Positions 38,751 to 48,906 of a stretch of DNA of 64,000 bases are shown here, piece after piece. The notes beneath the pieces were generated by a model that did not search any database, was not told the origin of the DNA, and saw nothing but the letters and a program-made list of their open reading frames with translations. The DNA comes from Elusimicrobiota bacterium (lineage in GTDB: Bacteria > Elusimicrobiota > Elusimicrobia > F11): NCBI GenBank assembly GCA_044221725.1, contig JBGAON010000003.1:256001-320000 (forward strand), given 5' to 3'. The first letter of the stretch is position 1. Each line of letters starts with the position of its first letter. The translations under genes and the position numbers were made by a program.

Positions 38751-39422
38751 ATGAATACTGCGCTTGTGCTGGAACCTATGAACGAAACCGACGAAAAAAC
38801 ACGCCAAGAATTCGCCGAAGCCGCCTTCCCTTACATGGATGAAATGTACGCGGGGGCTTTGCGCATGACAAAAAACCCGCAGGCCGCAGAAGATTTATCA
38901 GCCGAAGTGTTTTCAAAAGCTTGGAAGTCGTTCCATCAGTTCGAACGCGGTACAAATATGCGGGCGTGGTTGTACCGAATCCTCACGAACACCTATATCA
39001 ACAGTTATCGGCAAAAAGTACGGCACGGTGTGCCGGTTCACATCGACCAATACGAAAACCAAGATGAGTTTTACATTTACAACAAGATTGCGGAGAGCGC
39101 GCGTCACGACGATGAAGATCCCGCCCGCAAGGTGCTCGAGAAATTCGCCGAGCAAGATATTTTGAACGCGATGGAGCATTTGCCCGATGGATACCGCGAA
39201 ACGGTTATTCTCTCGGACTTGCAAGGGTTGTCCTACGAGGAAATCGCGGAAGCATTGGATATTCCGATTGGAACGGTTCGCTCGCGTCTCAATCGCGGGC
39301 GCCGCCATTTGCAGAAGGCACTCTGGGAAGAGGCCGTAAAATCAGGTTATGTGACGGACAAGACAATGAACCCCATGAAACGGTGGTCGAACAAGCTTTT
39401 CCGATCGATGAGGGGGAGATAA
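38751..39422 (+). CDS. ECF RNA polymerase sigma-70 factor (SigH/SigR-like)
   Basis: [48 protein letters not shown]. Confidence 0.93.
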   Translation: MNTALVLEPMNETDEKTRQEFAEAAFPYMDEMYAGALRMTKNPQAAEDLSAEVFSKAWKSFHQFERGTNMRAWLYRILTNTYINSYRQKVRHGVPVHIDQYENQDEFYIYNKIAESARHDDEDPARKVLEKFAEQDILNAMEHLPDGYRETVILSDLQGLSYEEIAEALDIPIGTVRSRLNRGRRHLQKALWEEAVKSGYVTDKTMNPMKRWSNKLFRSMRGR

Positions 39423-39646
39423 TGTGGAGTTGTGAACAGGTGATTCAGGATATTTGGATTTATCTTGACCGCCGACTCGGTGACGACGATCTTGTTCACA
39501 TGCAGAAGCATATTGAGCTGTGCCGAAGCTGTTTTTCCCGAGTGGAGTTTGAGAGATTGTTGCGTGAATCGATGAAGCAGAAAACCAACCATTGCTGCCC
39601 CGGAAAAGTAAAAGACCGCATCAAAAAGATTCTCGATCAATTCTAA
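39422..39646 (+). CDS. Zinc-binding anti-sigma factor (ZAS, RsrA/RshA-like), cytoplasmic
   Basis: C...YLD...HIELCRSC (HxxxCxxC) plus additional Cys. 1-bp overlap with the sigma stop codon. No transmembrane segment. Confidence 0.88.
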   Translation: MWSCEQVIQDIWIYLDRRLGDDDLVHMQKHIELCRSCFSRVEFERLLRESMKQKTNHCCPGKVKDRIKKILDQF

Positions 39647-39652
39647 TCGTCG

Positions 39653-40999
39653 TTATTTCGCGTAGTTTACCTGCCGCACGATAACCGTCTCGTTTCCGTT
39701 TGCATCCCGGGCTACAATCTTTATTTTGTTGGTGCCCGGCCTTAAAAATGTGCGGGTGCTGAAATGCCCATTGTTCCCTAAAAACACAACCTCGCTGTTA
39801 ATGGAAACCATGACCGCATCTTTCGCGTTGCCGCTAACGTCGCACGACGCCTCCGCGCCAGAAAATTGAGAACCCTCGTTCGGGACCACGTCCGTCAGAA
39901 TTGGCGGTTGCGTGTCTTTGATGATCACGGTCGGCGCCGAATATTGGCCTTGAACCCCGAACGCGTCCAAGAACGCCACGCGCATGTAGTAGCGGCCATC
40001 CGGAATCGATTGCTTCTTGACGTCAAACGAGGTGGCTGTAGCTTCCGTCTTTTCAAGAATGGTCGTCTGGAATTTTTCGTCATTTGATAGCTGCACGCGA
40101 TAATTAACGAGCATGTTTTGAGCAATAACGGATTTTGATTTTCCGGACGGGTTTGGATTTTCTTTTGGTGGTGCCGGAGGCGGCGTGAATTTGATCGGTT
40201 TGTCCGTGGGTTCACCGAAGGGCACTTTTTTCGGTGCTTCAAGCTTCATTTCGGCTGGATTAAAATCTTTGAAGTTTGAAAGCGGCATCGGTTCGATCGG
40301 GGGCGCCGATTTCGGAACTTGCGTACCAAAGCCTTCTTTCACGTGAACCGTTTTACCCTTGGCGGTGACGTTCACTTCTCCTTTGTACACGAAAACCACT
40401 TCGGTTTCATCTTCTCGAATCTTCGCTTGGTATTCGGAGCCCGCGTTCTTCGGATTCACGATGGTGCCACCGGGCATGATGACTTTCGCATGCGATGCGC
40501 GAACGTCACCTTGGAGCAACTGGATCTCTTGAAGAATTTTTTCCGGCTTTAGCACGACGTACGAATTTTCGTTAATTTGCACGACTTCTTTGGATGGAAA
40601 CCTCACGCGCGCTTGTGCGCCTTTCATTGTGCGCAAGCTGTCCTCGTAACGCAAAACCATGTCGGGGCTCGCCACTTTAAAATCCGCTTCGTCCCGCCGT
40701 TTGTAGCGCACCTCGGGTATCAGCTTAATGATTTGCGCGGTGCGATATTCTTCCTTGATGAGGCTCACCGGAATTTTTATTCGGCTTCCGGGCAACGCGA
40801 TCGTGGGGTCCGACGTCGGCAAATTGTTGACCTTTACAATCTCGGGCCATTTCTGGGGATCTTTCAAATATTTGTTTGCGATGTTCCACATCGTATCGCC
40901 GGGTGCGACGATCACTTCCTGCAAGCTGTCTTGTGCGTGCACGCGCCGCGGCATGACGGTGCTCAGCGTCATCAAAATGGCAAGCAGAAAGCGTTTCAT
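39653..40999 (-). CDS. Exported LysM-FecR-Ig-like domain protein
   Basis: Signal peptide (VHA/QD). LysM V.PGDTMWNIA.KYL.DP.KWPEI...N. FecR-like D.LRT...A.V.F...I.ENS. Pro-rich linker and C-terminal beta-sandwich (PG.N.I...A.D..GN). Confidence 0.82.
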   Translation of the reverse strand: MKRFLLAILMTLSTVMPRRVHAQDSLQEVIVAPGDTMWNIANKYLKDPQKWPEIVKVNNLPTSDPTIALPGSRIKIPVSLIKEEYRTAQIIKLIPEVRYKRRDEADFKVASPDMVLRYEDSLRTMKGAQARVRFPSKEVVQINENSYVVLKPEKILQEIQLLQGDVRASHAKVIMPGGTIVNPKNAGSEYQAKIREDETEVVFVYKGEVNVTAKGKTVHVKEGFGTQVPKSAPPIEPMPLSNFKDFNPAEMKLEAPKKVPFGEPTDKPIKFTPPPAPPKENPNPSGKSKSVIAQNMLVNYRVQLSNDEKFQTTILEKTEATATSFDVKKQSIPDGRYYMRVAFLDAFGVQGQYSAPTVIIKDTQPPILTDVVPNEGSQFSGAEASCDVSGNAKDAVMVSINSEVVFLGNNGHFSTRTFLRPGTNKIKIVARDANGNETVIVRQVNYAK

Positions 41000-43158
41000 G
41001 CCGCTTTCGCTTCCGTGAGTTTCGGTAAATTTTTGGGGATCGTAAAAATAAATGATGCGCCTTTGCCGACTTCGGACTCCACCCAAATTCGTCCCATGTG
41101 GGCTTCAACAATGCGTTTGCAGATCGTGAGCCCCAAGCCCGCACCGCCTTTGAAATGACCGTCGACCTGGCGAAACTTGTCGAACACCTTTTCGAGATAG
41201 TCTTCCGGAATGCCTTCCCCGGTGTCGATGACCGCGCAGCGAATCGCGTCATGGTCGTCATTGATGCGAATCTGGATCGCACCGCCATCCGGCGTGAATT
41301 TCGTGGCGTTACCAACCAAATTCACGAACACGCGTTCGAGCAAGCTAGGGTCAACAGGCGATGTCGGGATGTCGCCAATCACGTCGAGAGTAAGTGCAAT
41401 GTTGTTGCTTTTTGTCTGTGGTGTGAAGAGTTCGATCACGCGATTGGCAACATCCTGAAAGCGTGACGGTTCAATGTGCAGCGTCAAATGGCCAGATTCG
41501 AGCCGTGCCAAATCCAAAATATCGTTCACCATGTTCGTAAGTCGCAGCGATGCTTTGTCCATGGTTTCGAACATCTTCGTCTGTATCGCCGTGAGGGGGC
41601 CTGTCTGGCCCGTCTGAAAAAGTCGGATGAATCCACGAATGGCGGTCAGCGGATTACGCAGATCGTGTGTGATCGAATGGAGAAATTCTTCTTTCATTGA
41701 TTCGAGTTCTTTTTCGAGCGTTACATCGTGCAGAACGGTTACGAGTCCCAGAATTTCTTCTTTGCCCGGCGTGCGAACTTGCGCGGCGGACAACGCATAA
41801 AATTCATCCTTGTCGTTTCGTGTCATCTTTACTTCGATCGTCTTGTTTGTGTTGGGGTTCGTTAAGACGTCCATGCAGGCGGCTTTGAGGTCCGACGACG
41901 GCAGAAACTTCCATAGCGGCTGCCCCAGAATTGATTCCTGTTCGGCGATGTGAAGAATTTGTTTGGCCATGCGACTCATCAATTGAATCTTTCCTTGATA
42001 GTCGGTCATGATGATGCCGTCTTTGATCGAGAAAATGATGGCCTCGGTTTTCTTTTGTTCGATGATGAGTTTTTCCACTTGGAGTTCGGCGTAGCCTTTT
42101 AATTTCTCAAGCATTCCATTGAACGTTTGCGCGAGTTCTTGAATTTCGTCTTTGCTATCCACAACGATCGGATCCGGGAACTGTCCGTTCGCCAAATCCA
42201 CGCCCTTCGCAACGGTTGTAATGTGCAACAATGGTTTTACAAGCGACCGTGTAATAAGGACCGCCGCGAGAATTGCAAAACACATCGTTAGCAGAATAAA
42301 AAGAACGGCCTGTCTTTTTCCGCGCGCGCTGGCCGCGTAAGCCTCTTGTCGCGTCTGTTGCGTGAAAATCGCACCACCCCATTGTACGACGGGCGCCGAA
42401 GCGCCTACCCATTCCGTCCCAAGCGCATCCTTGAACTCCCGCGCACTCAGGTTTCCCGAGAGCGCGGCTTTGAGGATGGACTCGTCCAACTGTCCCGTGT
42501 TGTTTGATGGGTTGTGTGGCGCGGACAACTGTTGCCTATCTTGCCCAATATATCGCGCAAAGCCTGTTTGACCGATCGATTCGCGTGTGATCATTTCGCA
42601 CAAATCGTTTAGCGATACCTTCACGTACAATGCGTTCTTTCCTGACGGAGAATCAAAAGGGATAAAGAGCTCGGCCATCGTCTCGCCATCGGTGCGCGAT
42701 ACGCGGGTCGCTTGTTCACCGGTTTGTTGAAATTTTCTGAACAAAGGTTCGTTCGCGTAAGAAATGAGCGTCGGATTTTTTTCAACATCGGGTGCGAGCG
42801 CGGGGTTAAACGCTTTCATTACTTCTTGTCCCGCCGGTGTCACCGCCGAAATAATGGCGAACGTTGGCGATGAATCAATGAGCGCGCTCAAAACTTTTTG
42901 ACGATCTTCCCAGCTGACGCTCGGGTTTTTGATCGTGTCGAGCGCCAGCGCCATCTGTGTCACCACCGCCGCGAGGCGGTCATCCACTTTCTCGGCCAGG
43001 GACTGAGCCAGTTTTAGATGGTAGCGCTGCACTTCAAACTGAAGGCTTTCGTTGTTGATGCCGACAACGATCTTTCCAACCAGTGCCACGGGGATGACGG
43101 TGATCAAAAGCAGGAAAATGAGAAAACGCGGAAATAGGCGTAAATTCCGAGCGAACAT
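40996..43158 (-). CDS. Membrane sensor histidine kinase (periplasmic Cache-like, HAMP, PAS, HisKA, HATPase)
   Basis: Two transmembrane helices, DEI.EL...FN.M, H-box THDLRNPL, NLVGNA.KF, DTGEGI, GAGLGL. Confidence 0.93.
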   Translation of the reverse strand: MFARNLRLFPRFLIFLLLITVIPVALVGKIVVGINNESLQFEVQRYHLKLAQSLAEKVDDRLAAVVTQMALALDTIKNPSVSWEDRQKVLSALIDSSPTFAIISAVTPAGQEVMKAFNPALAPDVEKNPTLISYANEPLFRKFQQTGEQATRVSRTDGETMAELFIPFDSPSGKNALYVKVSLNDLCEMITRESIGQTGFARYIGQDRQQLSAPHNPSNNTGQLDESILKAALSGNLSAREFKDALGTEWVGASAPVVQWGGAIFTQQTRQEAYAASARGKRQAVLFILLTMCFAILAAVLITRSLVKPLLHITTVAKGVDLANGQFPDPIVVDSKDEIQELAQTFNGMLEKLKGYAELQVEKLIIEQKKTEAIIFSIKDGIIMTDYQGKIQLMSRMAKQILHIAEQESILGQPLWKFLPSSDLKAACMDVLTNPNTNKTIEVKMTRNDKDEFYALSAAQVRTPGKEEILGLVTVLHDVTLEKELESMKEEFLHSITHDLRNPLTAIRGFIRLFQTGQTGPLTAIQTKMFETMDKASLRLTNMVNDILDLARLESGHLTLHIEPSRFQDVANRVIELFTPQTKSNNIALTLDVIGDIPTSPVDPSLLERVFVNLVGNATKFTPDGGAIQIRINDDHDAIRCAVIDTGEGIPEDYLEKVFDKFRQVDGHFKGGAGLGLTICKRIVEAHMGRIWVESEVGKGASFIFTIPKNLPKLTEAKAA

Positions 43159-43243
43159 ACAGTCAAGTGTACGTGGCAAGACAGGCCTTTCAAGAGAGAA
43201 AAACAAGGATTCATTTGGTACACTGCACGGCAATCAATCGCTC

Positions 43244-43975
43244 ATGAACGCTCGAATTCGAGTCAAAAACACCTCGCTAATTCAAATCGTTTTATCCGCA
43301 CTGGCTCTCACTGTTCTATATCCGCATCCGGCTGTTCCGTTGGAATGGGTTTCCTGGACAAATCACCCTCGGATCGCACTAACCTTTGATGATGGTCCGC
43401 ATCCGGAACCAACGCTTCTTTTGTGCGACGTGCTCGAACGCTATCACGTTCCGGCCACGTTTTTTATCGTCGGGCGCGTAGCCGTTCAGTACCCGACGCT
43501 GTTGCACAAAATTGTTCACGATGGGCACGAGCTTGCGAGTCACACGTGGACGCACGCGAATATCCGCAATCAATCAACCGAGAAATTGCGCGAAGAATTG
43601 GACCGCACGCGTGAGTTGATTTGTACGGTCACGGGCCAACAGACATTTTTGTTCCGAACGCCCGGCGCCACCGAAAGTTATTTGCGGCACATGTTTCGCG
43701 TCCCCGTCGGTTATCAATTGGTGCTGTGGGACGTGCACAGCTTGGATCAAGAAGGAATTTCGCCGGAGCAAATTGCCGAGCGGGTGCTGTCCCAAGTGAA
43801 AAGCGGCGACGTCGTTCTCATGCACAACGGAATTGAAAACACGCGGGACGCGCTTGGGATCATCATTCCCACATTGAAGAATCGCGGATACGAATTTGTG
43901 ACGGTATCGGAACTGTTGAAGCATCGACCATCCTCTGAAGCGCACGTTGCGCGTCCCACGTTCGTTCAAGGCTAG
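43244..43975 (+). CDS. Polysaccharide (peptidoglycan/chitin-type) deacetylase, CE4/NodB
   Basis: LTFDDGP, HTWTH, FRTPG, VLMH. N-terminal hydrophobic segment. Confidence 0.9.
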   Translation: MNARIRVKNTSLIQIVLSALALTVLYPHPAVPLEWVSWTNHPRIALTFDDGPHPEPTLLLCDVLERYHVPATFFIVGRVAVQYPTLLHKIVHDGHELASHTWTHANIRNQSTEKLREELDRTRELICTVTGQQTFLFRTPGATESYLRHMFRVPVGYQLVLWDVHSLDQEGISPEQIAERVLSQVKSGDVVLMHNGIENTRDALGIIIPTLKNRGYEFVTVSELLKHRPSSEAHVARPTFVQG

Positions 43976-44908
43976 ATGAAAACAAAGATTTTGGTTTGCG
44001 TGGCGGTCCTGTCCCTGTGGATTCTATGGCCCGGTACCGGTCAGCATTGGGTTGAAATCAATATTTCCGAAGGCGAAAACGCGCACGATGTGGTGAAAAC
44101 GTTGAAAGAAGCCCGGCTCGCGCGCTCGCCGATCCCATTTCTCGTTTGGGTGAAATTGCGGCGCGCTCAAAACAAGTTGCAAGTTGGGCGGTACCGCATT
44201 TCGTCGGGGCGCTCGGCGTTTTGGATTGTTGACGACATTATCCAAGGACGCGTGGAGAAAACAAAATTCGTTATTCCAGAGGGGTTCGCTTCGTGGCAAA
44301 TTGCCGAGCGGCTGGGCGATTTAAAACTCTGTGACGAGCAAACGTTCAAAGAGGTTGTGCAAAAAGAGAGCCTCGAGGGTTATTTGTTTCCGGCTACTTA
44401 CGAACTCGGTTTTGGATTAAGTCCGACGTCGCTCGCGCACAAGTTTAAAAGCCAATTCGACGCACGTTGGACGCCGGACATCGATCAGCGCGCGAAAGAG
44501 GTGGGCCTTTCCAAGGAACAAGTGGTGACGCTGGCATCGATCGTTGAGCGCGAAGTGCGCAAGCGAGACGAACTTGCGCTCGTGGCGGCGCTTTACCTGA
44601 ACCGTCTTCGCAAACGTATGCGGTTGGAAGCCGACCCGACGGTGCAGTACGCGCTTGGCTATTGGAAAACGCGGCTGACCTACGACGACTACCACAGCGT
44701 CAAGTCGCCCTACAACACGTACTTGAACACCGGTTTACCACCGGGCCCGATTTGCAGTCCTGGCTGGGACACAATCAAAGCCGTGTTGTGGCCCGCTCAG
44801 TCAAACGCGCTTTTTCTGCTCGCGCAGGAAGACGGTCATCACACGTTTTCAGAGACCTATCGCGAACACACGAACAAGGTAAACAAGCGCAATCGGAAGA
44901 AGAAGTGA
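43976..44908 (+). CDS. mltG: Endolytic transglycosylase MltG
   Basis: IPEG, LEGYLFP.TY, LASIVE.E, NRL...M.L.ADPT, SPYNTY...GLPPGPI. Confidence 0.93.
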   Translation: MKTKILVCVAVLSLWILWPGTGQHWVEINISEGENAHDVVKTLKEARLARSPIPFLVWVKLRRAQNKLQVGRYRISSGRSAFWIVDDIIQGRVEKTKFVIPEGFASWQIAERLGDLKLCDEQTFKEVVQKESLEGYLFPATYELGFGLSPTSLAHKFKSQFDARWTPDIDQRAKEVGLSKEQVVTLASIVEREVRKRDELALVAALYLNRLRKRMRLEADPTVQYALGYWKTRLTYDDYHSVKSPYNTYLNTGLPPGPICSPGWDTIKAVLWPAQSNALFLLAQEDGHHTFSETYREHTNKVNKRNRKKK

Positions 44909-46491
44909 CGCTTTCCGCAACCGACTTCGAACTGTTGCTGCAGGCAAACCGTATTCTTTCATCGAAGCTTCGTACCGATGACGTGCTGCAGGCCGTGATG
45001 GAACTCGCTACAAAAGTTGTGCGCGCCGAAGCATCGTCTTTGTTGTTGCTCGATGCGGCGACCAATGAACTTTATTTTGATGTGGCGCTCGGCAGTGCGA
45101 AAGATGCCGTGAAACAAATTCGTTTGAAAGTTGGCGAAGGCATTGCTGGCTGGGTCGCCAACGAGCGCCGCCCGCTCATCGTTAACGATGTGTCGCAAGA
45201 CAAACGGTTTAGCGGAAAGGCCGACAAGTCGACGAGCTTTAAGACGAAATCCATTTTGGCGGTGCCGCTATTAGCGAAAGGGCGACTTGTTGGTGTCGTG
45301 GAAGCGCTCAACAAGGAAATGAACGGAATCTTTTCGGACCAAGACCGAGAAGCATTTGAAGTTTTCGCAAGCCAAGCCGCCGTCGCCATCGAGAACGCGC
45401 GGCTTTTCTCGGAAGTCACGCGCGAGCGTGAAAAACTGCACACGGTGTTCGCGCAAATGTCCGATGGCGTGATCCTCCTTGATTTCGCTGCGCGGGTTCT
45501 GTTAATCAACGATGCGGCCAGCCGGCTGCTGGGTATGCCGCGCGAAAAAGCCGAAGGCAACGTGTTTGATGATAAATTGTTAACCGGCTTTCAGTTCTCG
45601 GTGCCGCTCGCCGAGGTGATTGCCTCAAAAAACAAGGTTACGGAAATTGATATCACGCGGCGCGCCGTTAAAGATCTTACGCTCGGTGCGCTCGTCATGC
45701 GGTTGGCACCCGACGATCACGGGCAAGAGAACGGTTTTCTTGTCATGCTGCGCGACCTCACGGAGGAGCGACGCGGTGAAATGCTCAAGCGAAATTTTTT
45801 ATCCCTCATTTCACACAAGCTTAAGACACCGCTCACCGTCATTCTCGGTTACGCGCCAATGCTCCGCATGCAAACCGATAATTTGAACGATGCACAGAAA
45901 AAGGCCGTGAAGGCGATTGGTGAACAAGGCGAACATCTGAACGGGCTGGTTGACAAACTTTTGCGCTTTACCATCGTCGAATCCGAATCATTGGACCGAA
46001 AAATTGAACCGAAAGAACTTGAACCATTGGTTGCGGAAGCGGTCAAAGCGATTGCGCCGGATCAAGAGCATGGAAGCGTTAACGTGGATGTAACGGCGTC
46101 GGTGCGATCGGTTCCTTCGCTCATGGTGGATGGGAATTTGATGGTCGAAGTATTTAAAAACGTAATTGAGAACGCGATAAAATTTAACGACAAACCAAAA
46201 AAAGAAATTTCCATTACGGCTGAAAAGAAAAACGGCTCCGTGCTCATTCACATTCATGACAATGGCGTGGGCATTCCTCCGGAAGAACGAGAAAAAGTTT
46301 TTCAAAAGTTTTATCAGGTGGAAAATTCGTTCACGGGGCAAATCCCGGGCGCCGGGCTGGGCCTCGCGCTGTGTAAGAAGGTCGTTGAAGCGATGGGCGG
46401 CACAATTTCAATCGAATCGACCATTGGCGTTGGCACGGACGTTGTGTTGTCGCTCCCCGAGAAAAAACGCGGGCCGGCCGTCGCGTGTTGA
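44905..46491 (+). CDS. Cytoplasmic GAF-PAS sensor histidine kinase
   Basis: GTG start overlapping the mltG stop. GAF (GIAGWV, NK..F...D), PAS, H-box SHKLKTPL, N-box, DNGVGI, GAGLGL. Confidence 0.9.
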   Translation: MTLSATDFELLLQANRILSSKLRTDDVLQAVMELATKVVRAEASSLLLLDAATNELYFDVALGSAKDAVKQIRLKVGEGIAGWVANERRPLIVNDVSQDKRFSGKADKSTSFKTKSILAVPLLAKGRLVGVVEALNKEMNGIFSDQDREAFEVFASQAAVAIENARLFSEVTREREKLHTVFAQMSDGVILLDFAARVLLINDAASRLLGMPREKAEGNVFDDKLLTGFQFSVPLAEVIASKNKVTEIDITRRAVKDLTLGALVMRLAPDDHGQENGFLVMLRDLTEERRGEMLKRNFLSLISHKLKTPLTVILGYAPMLRMQTDNLNDAQKKAVKAIGEQGEHLNGLVDKLLRFTIVESESLDRKIEPKELEPLVAEAVKAIAPDQEHGSVNVDVTASVRSVPSLMVDGNLMVEVFKNVIENAIKFNDKPKKEISITAEKKNGSVLIHIHDNGVGIPPEEREKVFQKFYQVENSFTGQIPGAGLGLALCKKVVEAMGGTISIESTIGVGTDVVLSLPEKKRGPAVAC

Positions 46492-47870
46492 AACCCACCG
46501 ATCTCACAGAATTCCTTGGTTACGGTGAATTCTCCGAAGCGTACGCCGAGGAATCCGCTACGCTGGCGATTCGTTGGGAAGGCGGCCAGGTGGAATCCAT
46601 TTCGCGCTCCGACGACTCCGGCATTGGACTTCGCTATCTGAACGGACCCGAGACGCGGTTCGGACACGCGGATCTCGCGCTTCCAATTACCGGCGACTGG
46701 AACAATGTTCATCGCTCCAAGCTCGCGGGAATTCGCAATCAACTCGTCGACAAATTAACGCACGCTCAACCGCGACCGAACGCCGCACCGGCGCTCAGCA
46801 CGCACACCATTAAAATCGCGCCGGACAAGATCGGCCTCGATAAAAAGATTGAACTTCTCGAGCGCGCGTTCCGAGCGGCCAAAGACGGTCCTTACGTGCG
46901 ACAAGTGTCGATCAACTACGGCGAGAAATTGAAGACGGTTTTCTATGTGAATGGTTTTGGTGAAGCGTTTCATGAGAAGCGCGTGTACGTGGTGTTCAGC
47001 ATCACGGTGACCGTGGAACGAAACGGCGACCTGCAAACCGGCTACGATTCTTTGGGCGGACTGATCGGTCACGAATTGTTTGATGGTGGGCGCGTCGAAC
47101 AGATCGCGCGCGAAGTTTCAAAACGCGCACACGAAAAATTGGACGCGCCGTCAGCACCGGTGGGCGAGATGCCGATTGTAATCGCCTCGAGCGCGGGCGG
47201 CACGTTGATTCACGAAGCGATTGGTCATTCGCTGGAAGCCGATGCGGTGCTCGAGGGAACGTCACCATCCTACGTCGGTAAAGTGGGGAAGGTTGTCGGA
47301 AACGAAAAACTCACGGTGTTTGATGATCCCACGGTCGCGGGCGCGCGCGGGTCATTCCATTTCGACGATGAAGGAACAAAATCCGAAGCGACGAAGCTCA
47401 TCGAGAACGGCGTGCTCAAGACGTATTTGTTCGACCGCATGTCCGCCACAAAAGCGAAGCGCGCTTCGAACGGGCACGGACGCCGCGAATCTTACGCGCA
47501 TCGACCAATTCCACGTATGTCGAACACCTTCGTGGCACCCGGACCGGACAATCCCGCGGAAATTCTTAAGTCGTTTAAGAATGGTTTGCTGGTCACGAAA
47601 ATGGGCGGGGGCCAAGTGAACACCGCGAACGGCGATTTTGTGTTTGAAGTCGAAGAAGGCTTCGAAGTGAAAGATGGAAAGAGAACAATGGTGCGCGGCG
47701 CCACGCTTTTGGGGAACGGACCCGAGACGCTGTTAAATATCGATCAGATTGGTTCCGATCACGGCTGGGCTATCGGAACATGCGGCAAAGAGGGCCAGGG
47801 TGTTCCCGTCTCTGATGCGCTTCCCACGGTACATATCAAGAAACTTGTTGTAGGCGGACAGAAAATTTAG
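46485..47870 (+). CDS. tldD: TldD/PmbA family metalloprotease (TldD-like)
   Basis: HEAIGH.LEAD, FDDEG, GHGRRESY...P.PRMSNT, GGGQV, CGKEGQ.VPV. Confidence 0.9.
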   Translation: MLKPTDLTEFLGYGEFSEAYAEESATLAIRWEGGQVESISRSDDSGIGLRYLNGPETRFGHADLALPITGDWNNVHRSKLAGIRNQLVDKLTHAQPRPNAAPALSTHTIKIAPDKIGLDKKIELLERAFRAAKDGPYVRQVSINYGEKLKTVFYVNGFGEAFHEKRVYVVFSITVTVERNGDLQTGYDSLGGLIGHELFDGGRVEQIAREVSKRAHEKLDAPSAPVGEMPIVIASSAGGTLIHEAIGHSLEADAVLEGTSPSYVGKVGKVVGNEKLTVFDDPTVAGARGSFHFDDEGTKSEATKLIENGVLKTYLFDRMSATKAKRASNGHGRRESYAHRPIPRMSNTFVAPGPDNPAEILKSFKNGLLVTKMGGGQVNTANGDFVFEVEEGFEVKDGKRTMVRGATLLGNGPETLLNIDQIGSDHGWAIGTCGKEGQGVPVSDALPTVHIKKLVVGGQKI

Positions 47871-48442
47871 GCGTTCAGAATTTTTTCGATGCGACTGTCC
47901 GGCACGAACCAAATCAGTGCAACAAACACGTACATACCGAACGCCACCGGCGCGTGCCAAAATGCCACCGGAATCGCGGCCGCGTAAATCACGACCGAGA
48001 TAATTCCCTTCTCATCTTTCCCAACAGCCAACATCAACGGGGAATCTTTTCGCTGACGACGAATAAGCAAGACCGTTAGGATGTAATACGCAACACCCGC
48101 CATCAGCATGACGACGCCATAACCGGCCACCGGCCACGGCGCAAAATGATTTTCTCCGGTCCATCCGGTAACGAACGGTACGAGCGACAACCAAAACAAC
48201 AGGTGCATGTTGGCCCACAAGATTTTTCCGTTCACGCGTTCAACCGCGTGCAACAGGTGATGATGGTTGTTCCAATAGATTCCGACAAACACGAAGCTGA
48301 GCACGTAGCACAAAAAGGCTGAGCCAAGCGGCCGAAGCGCGACCAAGCTCCCATCGTGCGGCGCGTGAAGTTCGAGCACCATGATCGTGATGATGATCGC
48401 AATCACGCCGTCGCTGAACGCTTCGAGGCGGTTCTTGCTCAC
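47867..48442 (-). CDS. TMEM175 family potassium channel
   Basis: RLEAFSDGV.AIIITIMVLE and YW.NHH. Six hydrophobic helices. Confidence 0.93.
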   Translation of the reverse strand: MSKNRLEAFSDGVIAIIITIMVLELHAPHDGSLVALRPLGSAFLCYVLSFVFVGIYWNNHHHLLHAVERVNGKILWANMHLLFWLSLVPFVTGWTGENHFAPWPVAGYGVVMLMAGVAYYILTVLLIRRQRKDSPLMLAVGKDEKGIISVVIYAAAIPVAFWHAPVAFGMYVFVALIWFVPDSRIEKILNA

Positions 48443-48443
48443 G

Positions 48444-48560
48444 TCACCGTCCCAAGGTTTTCGCGAGGACTTTTTTTATTTCGGCTTCGTATTGCGGTCG
48501 ATAAAAACCAAGCGTTGCTTTATCGGCGTATTTAAATCCAATGACATTGACGGGACCCAT
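48444..48560 (-). CDS. Possible 38-aa small protein or gene remnant (not in the ORF track)
   Basis: MGPVNVIGFKYADKATLGFYRPQYEAEIKKVLAKTLGR. TAAGGT 6 nt upstream. Stop lies 1 nt before the TMEM175 GTG. Confidence 0.4.
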   Translation of the reverse strand: MGPVNVIGFKYADKATLGFYRPQYEAEIKKVLAKTLGR

Positions 48561-48594
48561 GGCGTTACCTTATCGTTTTTTGCGGATAATGCTA

Positions 48595-48849
48595 CTACTG
48601 CAAGGCAACAACCTGACCTTGTTTCAAAGCACTCTCATCTTCGGCGCGCTTCAGCTGAAACGAGAACAGTTTTTGGTTGGGTTTGCCATCCGGCGTTACG
48701 CTTCGAGGTTGATCCATCCATTGTTCCACTGGCACAGCACCCAGCCTCGAGTCACGGTCGAGTTTAAATTGCTCGCTGTCCAGCTGGGTCGCAATTACAA
48801 CGACTTTTCCTTTGCGTTCGATGATTTCATCAATCCTAAAACTAGCCAT
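48595..48849 (-). CDS. Hypothetical protein (84 aa)
   Basis: Protein-like composition, co-oriented with neighbours, AAGGGG upstream of the ATG. Confidence 0.55.
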   Translation of the reverse strand: MASFRIDEIIERKGKVVVIATQLDSEQFKLDRDSRLGAVPVEQWMDQPRSVTPDGKPNQKLFSFQLKRAEDESALKQGQVVALQ

Positions 48850-48906
48850 GATTAACGCCCCTTCTGTTTGTTTTTCCACTTCTATCTATGCTTCGGGTTC
48901 AGCATG

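Noticed and set aside
43052..43243. Long N-terminal extensions given by the ORF track (also 44662, 43233, 41086, 39383, 26839)
   Set aside because: They overlap neighbouring genes. Downstream starts give coupled overlaps, signal peptides or promoter fits.
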